Shown here: piece after piece, positions 38,084-45,596 of the stretch
Layout: each line of letters begins with the position of its first letter
How positions within the stretch are numbered: the first letter of the stretch is position 1
NCBI GenBank assembly: GCA_020431405.1
Contig: JAGQIK010000352.1
Location: 5,316 to 69,315 of the forward strand
Direction of reading: 5' to 3'
Length of the DNA stretch: 64,000 nucleotides
Origin: Myxococcales bacterium
GTDB lineage: Bacteria > Myxococcota_A > Polyangia > GCA-2747355
Notes under the pieces: generated by a model
Database searches by the model: none
What the model saw: only the letters and a program-made list of their open reading frames with translations
Told to the model about the DNA's origin: nothing
Program-made: the position numbers and the translations under genes

Positions 38084-39169
38084 CTACCTGAGCTTGTGCG
38101 CGATGCGGCCGCTGATCAGCGTGCCGAGCACGCGCGCGCGGCTGAGCTCTTTGCGCAGGCGCAGCGGCAGCGACAGCTGCTCGGGCAGCGAGAGCCACAG
38201 CCGCAGCAGGTGCCGCTTGCGCTCGCTGGCCGGCGCGTCCTCGTAGCCCGTTCGCGCGTGCACGATGGTGTGGTTGGACAGCAACTGGATGTCGCCCGCC
38301 GCGAAGTCCATCTCGAGCGCCGCGCCAGGGGCGTTCATCGCCTCGTCGTAGAAGTCGATCACCGCCTGCGCGCGCTGGTCGATCGGCGGCGCACCGGCGA
38401 GGCGCGCGACGGAGCGGAAATAGCCGATGTGCCAGAACGTGCGCAGCTCGTCGGCGGCGTGCGCGCAGGGCACGATCGGGATGTAGGGCACGCCGCCTTC
38501 GCCCTTGGTGTCCATCAGGAAGGGCTGGTAGAGGCGTTCGACGAGATCGGGGCGCTCGGCGAGCAGCGTGTTGTAGGCGGTGACCGAGCTGGCGATGCGG
38601 CTGCGCCCGCCGCTGGCAGCCGTCTCGAGACACAGCAGGCCGACCACGTCGGCGAGGTCGCAGTGGAAGTCGATGTGCTCGCGCGTGCGGTACTGCCGCA
38701 CGGTGCCGTCGGGCGGCGCGCCGGTGTCGCGTACGTGGCCGAGCAGCTCGCCGGCGGGGTTCTGCGCGCCGGGGATACCGAGGTGAAGGCCGAAGCACCA
38801 GAAGAAGAGCTCGGCGTCTTGCTCGCTCATGCGATCGACGGGGACGCCGCTGACGAGCTGAAAGCCGAGGCCGTGGCGGATGGCGCGGCGATAGCGATCG
38901 ATTTTGCGCGCGAGCGTCGGCAGCGGAAAGTCGCGCTCGCGCAGCTCGCCGGTGGGGCGGCCGAGCGCGCGCGCGTGCCGCACGGCGGCGAGGATTTCGT
39001 CGGCCTCGGCCTCGTCGAGCACGTCGCGATAGCGCGTCGCATCGCCGAGCTCGTCGCCGCGCCAGGCCGCCTCGCAGCGCAGCGGCTGCCGGCGTACGCG
39101 CTCGTGCGGTCGCGCGAAGTAGTGCAGCGACTGCGCGATCTGAGAGCGGTAGCGAGGCAGCGCGATCAT
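38084..39169 (-). CDS. TauD/TfdA-family Fe(II)/2-oxoglutarate-dependent dioxygenase
   Basis: HIDFHCD (HxD) and distal IVHARTG His; about 360 aa; 10-bp gaps to neighbours on the same strand. Confidence 0.65.
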   Translation of the reverse strand: MIALPRYRSQIAQSLHYFARPHERVRRQPLRCEAAWRGDELGDATRYRDVLDEAEADEILAAVRHARALGRPTGELRERDFPLPTLARKIDRYRRAIRHGLGFQLVSGVPVDRMSEQDAELFFWCFGLHLGIPGAQNPAGELLGHVRDTGAPPDGTVRQYRTREHIDFHCDLADVVGLLCLETAASGGRSRIASSVTAYNTLLAERPDLVERLYQPFLMDTKGEGGVPYIPIVPCAHAADELRTFWHIGYFRSVARLAGAPPIDQRAQAVIDFYDEAMNAPGAALEMDFAAGDIQLLSNHTIVHARTGYEDAPASERKRHLLRLWLSLPEQLSLPLRLRKELSRARVLGTLISGRIAHKLR

Positions 39170-39181
39170 CGCGTGGGAATG

Positions 39182-39952
39182 CTAGCGCGGCTTGCCGACG
39201 GGCAACAGCAGCAGCGGGGTGTGCGCGTCGGTAAGCGACAGCAGGCGTCTGAGGCCCGGCTCGTCGAAGGCGCCCACCGGCGTGGCCGAAAGCCCCAGCG
39301 CGGTCGCCATCAGGCAGACGTTCTGCGCCGCGTGGCCGACCTCGATGTGCACGTACTGTTTGGCGCGTGCGCCGTACTTCGCCGCCGTGCGCGCGTAGAG
39401 GCCCGTGACGACGAGCGCGGCGGGCGCGAGCTCGATCCAGCGCTGTTTGACGGCGAGCGTGGCGAGGCGTGCGCGCTGGTCACCGCGCGCCACGCGCTGC
39501 AAGGTGTGCCGCTCTGGGTCATAGCGATACGCGCCGGCCGGCAGCTTGGACACGTGGCCGGCGACGACGTGGAAGGTCAGCGGGTAGAGCGCGCCTGCCG
39601 AAGGCGCGGTGTGCAGCGGCCGGCGCCCCGGAGCGCGGTGCGTGATGCCCTGCGCTGCCCACAGCAGCCGCGCGAGCGCCTCGAGCGAGAGCGGCGTCTT
39701 GTCGTAGCGCCGCCGCGAGCGGCGCCGCTGCAGTAGGTCGGTGAGCACGTCGCGCGCGTTGCTGGAGCTCGGCGCTGTGGGCGTGACGGCGGGCAGCGAG
39801 ATGAGGCGCGGCTTAGAGGCCGCCGTGGTGGGCGGCGTGCGCGTCGGCTTCGGCTCCGCCTCGCCGCGGCAACTGCTCGCGAGCAGGATCACTGACAGCG
39901 TCAGGCTGCTCCACGTCAGTCTGCTCCTCGTCAGTCTGCTCCTCTGGCTCAT
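39182..39952 (-). CDS. SagB-type dehydrogenase / nitroreductase-family lipoprotein
   Basis: AGGAGG RBS before ATG 39950-39952; lipobox LSVILLASSCRGE; YDKTPLSLEALARLLWAAQGIT and PSAGALYP blocks typical of SagB-type nitroreductase fold; 75 upstream codons rejected. Confidence 0.65.
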   Translation of the reverse strand: MSQRSRLTRSRLTWSSLTLSVILLASSCRGEAEPKPTRTPPTTAASKPRLISLPAVTPTAPSSSNARDVLTDLLQRRRSRRRYDKTPLSLEALARLLWAAQGITHRAPGRRPLHTAPSAGALYPLTFHVVAGHVSKLPAGAYRYDPERHTLQRVARGDQRARLATLAVKQRWIELAPAALVVTGLYARTAAKYGARAKQYVHIEVGHAAQNVCLMATALGLSATPVGAFDEPGLRRLLSLTDAHTPLLLLPVGKPR

Positions 39953-40301
39953 CGTCTCGCGCCTCCTGTGCCGCGTTCGACGTCGTATCTGGCGGCAGCG
40001 CGACCGCACGCACGTCAGCCTGGCGTGATCCATCGGGCACCGATTTGACCCGTGTGTCATCGCGACCCGCGCGCCGCTGACGCAGCCGCCGACGCGCGCG
40101 GGCCAGCTGTCGTCGCGCGCGACGCAGCAGCCGCCGCGCCCAGGGAAACTCCGTCGCCAGAAACGCCAACGATGCAACGATCACGAGCGTCCCCGGCCCG
40201 GGGAGCACCAGCATGGCGGCGCCTGCCAGCAGGCCGAGGCCACCTACGACCACGACCAGCACGCGGCGAAGACGCCGACGATATGGTCTGCCGAGCGTCA
40301 C
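39813..40301 (-). CDS. PGPGW-family small transmembrane protein (C-terminal extent uncertain)
   Basis: LVVVVGGLGLLAGAAMLVLPGPGTLVIVASLAFLATEFPW matches the PGPGW motif family; low-complexity tail overlaps the sagB-like start by 140 nt, so true stop or frame of tail doubtful. Confidence 0.45.
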   Translation of the reverse strand: MTLGRPYRRRLRRVLVVVVGGLGLLAGAAMLVLPGPGTLVIVASLAFLATEFPWARRLLRRARRQLARARRRLRQRRAGRDDTRVKSVPDGSRQADVRAVALPPDTTSNAAQEARDDEPEEQTDEEQTDVEQPDAVSDPAREQLPRRGGAEADAHAAHHGGL

Positions 40302-40372
40302 GCCCGTAGGTTGTGCAACGCATAGGCCATGCTGGAGGGAGCGTGACGAGCGCGAAGTAATCCATGCTGCTC

Positions 40373-41257
40373 CTAGCGCGCGGGGCAGCGCCGGTAGCGC
40401 AGGCGCCGCACGCTGTAGCGCTGCAGGCAGCCCTTGACGCCAAACACCCAGGGCAGCGTCGATCCGCCGCTGCCGGTCGCGCTCGCCGGCGACGCGCTCG
40501 CCGGCGACGCGCTCGCGCCCGCTTTGCGCAGGCAGCGCCAGGCGGCCAGCGTCTTGTCGCGGCCAGGCCCGCGCGAGTAGCCGAAGGTGCTGCGCACGCG
40601 CGTCTGCTCGCAGACGAGCGTCAGGGCGCGCGTCGGCTTGCCGCAGGGCACCTGACGATCGACGAGCTGGGTTTGGGTGCGGCGTCGGCGGCCGCGCCAG
40701 CGTTTGCAGCGGTGCGCCTTGAGCTGCAGCGAGAGCAAGAGTCGCCCGCCGGCGCGCCTGTGCGTGCCGGTCCAGACGGTCGTCCAGCGCAGCCGCTCGC
40801 GCGAGTAGTCGCCGAAGCTCAGGGTCGAGCTGACGCGCTCGCCGCTGTCACGCACCGTGGCGCGCCCGCGCCCGCGCGCGTGCAGGGTCAGCTTGACGGT
40901 GCTGTTGTCGCTGTCGTCGCTGGCGAAGTCGTGCCCGCGGCCGTGGCGATTCTCGTGCGCTCGCACGCGGGCCTCCAGCACGCGCGGCGGTCGCGCCGAG
41001 GCGCTGCTTGTCGACAGCGTCAGCATGGCGAGCAACCCGGCGATGGATTCGCCGCGGACGACAGCTCCGCGGCCGGCGAATCGGCGCATGACGCGATCAG
41101 ACACCGCGCGACCGGCCGCCGTCAAACCCGCTGCACTTGTTGCGAGTCTGTGCGAGCCTGCGGGTATGTCGATGCTCGAAAAGGGAGCCAAGGCTCCAGA
41201 CTTCACGCTTCCCGCGCACGATGGCAGCACCGTCGCGCTCGCCGATCTCGCCGGCAA
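40373..41257 (-). CDS. hypothetical secreted protein (weak)
   Basis: Internal signal-like AGLLAMLTLSTSSASA; Arg-rich; contains 15-nt tandem repeat encoding ASPASASPAS; could be spurious. Confidence 0.3.
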   Translation of the reverse strand: MPARSASATVLPSCAGSVKSGALAPFSSIDIPAGSHRLATSAAGLTAAGRAVSDRVMRRFAGRGAVVRGESIAGLLAMLTLSTSSASARPPRVLEARVRAHENRHGRGHDFASDDSDNSTVKLTLHARGRGRATVRDSGERVSSTLSFGDYSRERLRWTTVWTGTHRRAGGRLLLSLQLKAHRCKRWRGRRRRTQTQLVDRQVPCGKPTRALTLVCEQTRVRSTFGYSRGPGRDKTLAAWRCLRKAGASASPASASPASATGSGGSTLPWVFGVKGCLQRYSVRRLRYRRCPAR

Positions 41258-41639
41258 GCACGTCGTGATCTGGTTCTACCCGGTGGCCGACACCCCTGGC
41301 TGAACGGTCGAGGGCCAAGGATTCCGTGATCGAATCCAAGCGTTCGTAGACCGCAACACCGTCGTGCTCGGCGTCAGCTTCGACAGCGTCGAAGCCAATC
41401 GCGCCTTCGCCGAGAAGTACTGCTTTACCTACCGCCTGCTAAGCGACACGACGAAGGCGATGTGCGTCGCATACGGCGCGGCCGGCGCGCCGCCGCACAA
41501 GTACGCGCAGCGCGTCTCGTACCTGCTCGGCCCCGACGGCACCGTGCTCGAGGCCTACCCCAACGTTTCGCCCGCCACCCACGCTGCTCAGGTGCTCGAG
41601 CATCTCGACGCACATCGAGCGGGCGGCGGCGCCAGCTAG
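41166..41639 (+). CDS. bcp: Bcp/PrxQ-type 1-Cys peroxiredoxin with in-frame TGA (41301-41303) at the peroxidatic-Cys position: candidate selenoprotein
   Basis: Continuous frame through the TGA: ...HVVIWFYPVADTPG-U-TVEGQGFRDRIQAFVDRNTVVLGVSFDSVEANRAFAEKYCFTYRLLSDT... aligns with the Bcp active site YFYPKAMTPGCTVQACGLRD; track splits it into 40857..41303 and 41364..41639. Confidence 0.6.
41319..41337 (+). other. SECIS-like hairpin 15 nt downstream of the in-frame TGA
   Basis: GGAUUC-CGUGAUC-GAAUCC perfect 6-bp stem with 7-nt GU-containing loop. Confidence 0.3.
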
Positions 41640-41902
41640 CGCATCTGGCTGCCCTTGCTGCCGCGCCGGTTGTAGCCGACGGCGATCTGCTGGCGCTTGT
41701 CGGCCTCTTGCTGGCAGCTCACGCACAGCCGCACGCCGGGCACGGCGCGCCGGCGCGCCTCGGGGATCGCTTCGCCGCAGTCGGCGCACTCGCTCAGGCC
41801 AGGGCCGCGCGGCAGGCGGCTTCGGATCTGCCCCACCGCGTCGTCGATGCTGGCATCGATCTGCTCTTGAACCGCCCCATCTCTGGTGAACCCACTCGCC
41901 AT
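41636..41902 (-). CDS. TraR/DksA-family C4-type zinc-finger protein
   Basis: AGGAGA RBS before ATG 41900-41902; CADCGEAIPEARRRAVPGVRLCVSCQQ zinc finger; 88 aa; the 415-aa track ORF is an upstream extension; stop overlaps convergent bcp stop (CTAG). Confidence 0.7.
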   Translation of the reverse strand: MASGFTRDGAVQEQIDASIDDAVGQIRSRLPRGPGLSECADCGEAIPEARRRAVPGVRLCVSCQQEADKRQQIAVGYNRRGSKGSQMR

Positions 41903-41959
41903 GCTTGATCTCCTAGCGCAGGTCGCCGTCTCGAGCAACGCGTAGCGCCCACATCCTCG

Positions 41960-42472
41960 ATGGCGGACAATAGCGACGTCGTGAGAGTTGCCATCCGCAC
42001 CGATAGCGTCGTCGACGGCACGCTGGCGATGGTCGTTGGCATCGTGATGCTCGGCGGTCTCGCCACGCGCATTCCGTCGCTTCAAACCACCGCCGACTTC
42101 CTCAAGCTCGGCGGCTTTTCGCTGCTCGCGTTGGTCATCATCGGCTGGGGCTTCTACCGGCTGCGCCTCGGGCTCAATCGCGCCATCATCGAGATCGTGG
42201 GCGACCGCTTTCGCGTCACCCACTCGGTGCGCGTGCGCGAACCGTGGCAGAACTGCGATGTCGCGCTCTCGAACGTCTCGCACCTGACCCAGCGGCGCCA
42301 CGAGGTTACGACCGGGCGCGGCGAGAAGAAGGTCATCTTCGAGGTCTACGTGACCATGCGCGACGGCGTGCACGTGCTGCTGGCGCGCAGCAAGAGCGAC
42401 GCGAAGATCGAGCACACCGCGACCCTCGTGGCCGACGGCTTGGGTGTCGATGTCCAGCGCCCGACCCGCTGA
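41960..42472 (+). CDS. hypothetical membrane protein (2 TM)
   Basis: Two hydrophobic helices (LAMVVGIVMLGGLA, FSLLALVIIGWGFY). Confidence 0.45.
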   Translation: MADNSDVVRVAIRTDSVVDGTLAMVVGIVMLGGLATRIPSLQTTADFLKLGGFSLLALVIIGWGFYRLRLGLNRAIIEIVGDRFRVTHSVRVREPWQNCDVALSNVSHLTQRRHEVTTGRGEKKVIFEVYVTMRDGVHVLLARSKSDAKIEHTATLVADGLGVDVQRPTR

Positions 42473-42481
42473 GGGCGGTGT

Positions 42482-42850
42482 ATGATAGACGTCATGGCAC
42501 ACGACGATAACAACCGCGGTCTGGTCCGCTGCCCGGCGTGCGGCACCCACCGCCGCCGCGATGACACCGAGCACTGTCGCCACTGCGACGAGGCGCCAGC
42601 GCCCAAGCGTCGCGGCCGAGGCCGCAGCGCCCTGATCGCCGCCGCGTTGCTCGGTCTGAGCGCCTTCCCGGCGGCGTGCGGCGACAGCAGCAGCAAGCCG
42701 GACATCGGCGCGGCGCCCGCCTACGGCATTCCGCCGATAGAAGCGGGCATCGAAGCGGGCAGGCCCGACGCCACGCCCGACAGTGGCGCGGACCAGCAGC
42801 TGCCCGCGCCAGCCTATGGCATCCCACCCGTCGACGCGGGGACCGACTGA
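42482..42850 (+). CDS. small zinc-ribbon membrane protein
   Basis: CPACGTH...CRHC ribbon followed by TM LIAAALLGLSAFPAACG and duplicated APAYGIPP(I/V)(E/D)AG tail. Confidence 0.4.
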   Translation: MIDVMAHDDNNRGLVRCPACGTHRRRDDTEHCRHCDEAPAPKRRGRGRSALIAAALLGLSAFPAACGDSSSKPDIGAAPAYGIPPIEAGIEAGRPDATPDSGADQQLPAPAYGIPPVDAGTD

Positions 42851-43179
42851 TCGCTGCGCGCAGCGCTCGGAGCTGGCGAGCATCTTCTGGCCGTCGAGCG
42901 GTGACCAGCAGGCGCGACAGAGCCTGAGGCAACGTCTCTCGGCGCATGTCTCTCGGCGCGGCGGCGCGCGCTGGGCGACGAGGGGCGCGACGTGCTGCGC
43001 GTCGACGCCGAGGAGATCGCGCTCGACGGCGGCCGTGTCGACATCGACATCGACCGGCTCGACAACAGCGAGGGGCTCGAGGCGTTGGTGGAGGCGATCC
43101 CGGCGGCCAAGCCGATGGTCGACGCCCTTGGCTAGCAGCTATTGGCTAGTAGCTCGCGGCTAGCGCTTGCCCGGGGCTA

Positions 43180-43560
43180 TCAGCCGCAGCCGCCGCCGAC
43201 GCAGCTGGTCTTGCACTTGGCGCCGGCTGCGCACTGCTGCTGGCAGTGACCGCCCGCGCAGCTCTGCTTGCAGCGCGCGCCGTTGCCGCACTTCTGCTGG
43301 CAGTATCCGCCGGCGCAGCTGGTCTTGCAGCGCGAGCCGTTGCCGCAGGTCTGCTGGCAGCGACCGCCCGCGCAGGAGAGCTTGCAGCGGCCGCCGGGCG
43401 GGCAGACCTGCTGGCAGCCGCCCTTGGCGCAGTGGCCGCGGTAGTTCTTCAGCGCCGTCGGCTCGCTGGCCGCGTTGACCGTGGCGGGCGAGCTCGAGAT
43501 CAACAGCGCGGCGAGCGCCAGCGCCGAGAGGGCGCAGAGCGTCTTGGTGAGCAGATTCAT
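43180..43560 (-). CDS. small secreted cysteine-rich tandem-repeat protein
   Basis: Signal MNLLTKTLCALSALALAALLISSSPATVNA; about eight tandem 8-9 aa repeats (GGRCQQTCGNGSRCKTSCAGG / YCQQKCGNGARCKQSCAGG / HCQQQCAAGAKCKTSCVGGGC). Confidence 0.65.
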   Translation of the reverse strand: MNLLTKTLCALSALALAALLISSSPATVNAASEPTALKNYRGHCAKGGCQQVCPPGGRCKLSCAGGRCQQTCGNGSRCKTSCAGGYCQQKCGNGARCKQSCAGGHCQQQCAAGAKCKTSCVGGGCG

Positions 43561-43580
43561 CGGGGCCTCCCTCGCGGCGA

Positions 43581-43892
43581 CTAGGCGTGGTCTCCGTCGT
43601 CGCCTTGCGTCTCGGCACCGGCGAGCTGCGCGAGCTCGTCGATGGTCTTCTTGATGACGATCCGGTCGGCGATTCCGACCACGTCACCGGTGGCGATGAC
43701 CACGTCTTGACTGCCGAAGAGCGGCTTCTTGACGTGGATCAGGTCGAGCGCGTCGCGACTCAAGCGCACCGAAAGGCCTTTGACCTTCCAGCTCGCGATA
43801 TCGATGACCCAGTCTTTGAGCTGTCCGAGGTCGTGTCCGCTCTCGGTGGTCACGTCTTTGCCCAGAAGCTCGCTGGCTTTGCGGTCGCTCAT
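43581..43892 (-). CDS. PRC-barrel domain protein
   Basis: AAGGACGAGG RBS before ATG 43890-43892 (MSDRKAS...); LLGKDVTTESGHDLGQLKDWVIDIASWKVKGLSV PRC-barrel-like core; upstream 32 codons of track ORF rejected. Confidence 0.55.
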   Translation of the reverse strand: MSDRKASELLGKDVTTESGHDLGQLKDWVIDIASWKVKGLSVRLSRDALDLIHVKKPLFGSQDVVIATGDVVGIADRIVIKKTIDELAQLAGAETQGDDGDHA

Positions 43893-43977
43893 CGCCTCGT
43901 CCTTGGTTGCGGCGGCATTATCCATCGCGCGACGTGCTTGACCACGACATTTTGGTTGTGCGCTAGGATCGTCGCTG

Positions 43978-44634
43978 GTGAACGACACCGAGTTATCGCG
44001 CTCGCTCGCGAGCCGCGGCTACGCCGTTCGAGAGGGCTTCGTCGACGAGGCCCACATCGCCGCGCTCGCCGCCGAGGCGCGCGAGCTCTACCGCGAGGGC
44101 CGCTTTCGGCGCGCCGGCATCGGCGCCTCGCGCAAGCTCGCGCGCGACATCCGCGGCGACGAGATCTGGTGGATCGACATCCCGACCGCCGAGCAGGCGC
44201 GCTACCTGGCTCGGCTCGCAGAGCTCGCCAGCGAGGTCAATCGCGCGCTGCTGCTCGGATTGATCTCGGTGGAGTGTCATCTCGCGCGTTATGCGGCGGG
44301 GCTCGGCTACGACCGCCATCGCGATCGCCAGCAGGGCGACGACGCGCGCGTGCTCAGCTGCACGCTCTATCTCAACGACGACTGGCAGCCCGAGGACGGC
44401 GGGCAGCTGCGCCTGCACCCGCCCGGCGAGCCGGCGCTGGACGTGCTTCCGCGCGCCGGCACCATGGCGTGCTTTCTCAGCGACGAGCTCGAGCACGAGG
44501 TGCTGCCGGCGCGCAGGGCGCGCTGGAGCCTCACCTCGTGGCTGCGCCGCCGCAGCCATGATCCGCTCGACGCGCGCGGCATCCCGCTGGTCTTTCCCGA
44601 GGCAGACAGCAGCCGGCGGCGGCCGCGTCGCTGA
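43978..44634 (+). CDS. 2OG-Fe(II) oxygenase (prolyl-4-hydroxylase-like)
   Basis: HRDRQ (HxD) ... LSDELEHEVLP distal His; LYLNDDW and RLHPPGE jelly-roll blocks. Confidence 0.65.
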   Translation: MNDTELSRSLASRGYAVREGFVDEAHIAALAAEARELYREGRFRRAGIGASRKLARDIRGDEIWWIDIPTAEQARYLARLAELASEVNRALLLGLISVECHLARYAAGLGYDRHRDRQQGDDARVLSCTLYLNDDWQPEDGGQLRLHPPGEPALDVLPRAGTMACFLSDELEHEVLPARRARWSLTSWLRRRSHDPLDARGIPLVFPEADSSRRRPRR

Positions 44635-44713
44635 TCCGGCGTGGATCCAGCGTGGATCCGCTGTGCGTTGCGCTGCGCCGCGCGCGCGGCTACTGTCCGC
44701 CGCGAGATAACTC

Positions 44714-45520
44714 GTGAGCTCCAAGCCCACCGACCCACCAGGCGCCGCGCCGGCGCCGTCAACGCCGCCATCGAAGGACGACGAGCTGCGTCGCTTGCAG
44801 GAGGCGCTGCGCGAGGCTCAGCGCAAGGCGAGCGACTCGCGCGCCCTGCTCGAGCACGCGGGTCAGCGCCTCAGCGAAAACGTCCAGACCATCGTTGACG
44901 AGCAGAGCGAGCTGGCGCGGCTGCGCGTGGCGCTGGTCAACAGCGAGCTGCGCCTGGCCGAGCTCGAAGCGCGCGCGGCGCGTGGCGTGGTCGCACCAGC
45001 GCCCGCGGCGCCCGTCGAGCGCGCCAGCGTCGCCGAGGAGGCGTCGCGCGCTGACGAAGCGCACGAGCACGCGGCGGCGCTCGCGCGGCTCGAGGCGGAT
45101 CTGCAAGCCAGCGAGGTGCGCGCGCGCCGTGCCGAGCGGCGCCAGCGCGAGCTCGAGGCGGCCCTCGAGTCCAACGGCCAACGTGACGCGCTGGCAGAGC
45201 GCCGTCAGCGCGAGCTCGAAGCTGCGCTCGAGGCGAGCGATCGGCGCGCGGCGCAATCCGAGCAGCAGCAGGGCGCCCTCGAGGCGGCGCTCGAGTCGAG
45301 CCAGGCGCGCGCCGAGCGCTGGCAGCAGCTGCAGCGCACCCTCGAGTCAGACCTCGAAAAGGCACGCGCGCGCAACGAGACGCTCGAGGTCGAGCTGTCT
45401 CGCAAGCGCGTCGAGCTGCACGCGCTCGAGTCGCGACTCGAAGAGGCCTCGCGCACGCGCTCGCAAAAGGCCGTGCGCTGGCTGCAGGACCGCCTCGAGC
45501 GCCTGCGTAGCCGCCGCTAG
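44714..45520 (+). CDS. coiled-coil protein with internal repeats
   Basis: GTG start; Pro/Ala-rich N-terminus then heptad-like repeats including duplicated RRQRELEAALE(S/A). Confidence 0.5.
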   Translation: MSSKPTDPPGAAPAPSTPPSKDDELRRLQEALREAQRKASDSRALLEHAGQRLSENVQTIVDEQSELARLRVALVNSELRLAELEARAARGVVAPAPAAPVERASVAEEASRADEAHEHAAALARLEADLQASEVRARRAERRQRELEAALESNGQRDALAERRQRELEAALEASDRRAAQSEQQQGALEAALESSQARAERWQQLQRTLESDLEKARARNETLEVELSRKRVELHALESRLEEASRTRSQKAVRWLQDRLERLRSRR

Positions 45521-45596
45521 CCACCGGCCCGAGCGCATCGCTGAGACTGACAGCGGTCATAGCGGCACATGGTGCGGCGGCGCCAGACTGCGGGCC

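Noticed and set aside
35915-39736. 364-aa minus-strand ORF and 831-aa plus-strand ORF
   Set aside because: Off-frame or antisense to the desaturase, Cys-rich, tauD-like and sagB-like genes.
41636-42883. 415-aa minus-strand ORF
   Set aside because: Only the last 88 codons (TraR/DksA zinc finger, with its own RBS) are credible. The upstream part is antisense to the membrane-protein genes at 41960-42850.
42946-43149. 67-aa plus-strand ORF (MSLGAAARAGRRG...)
   Set aside because: Arg/Gly junk composition; the adjacent frame reads more protein-like (reported as a low-interest finding).
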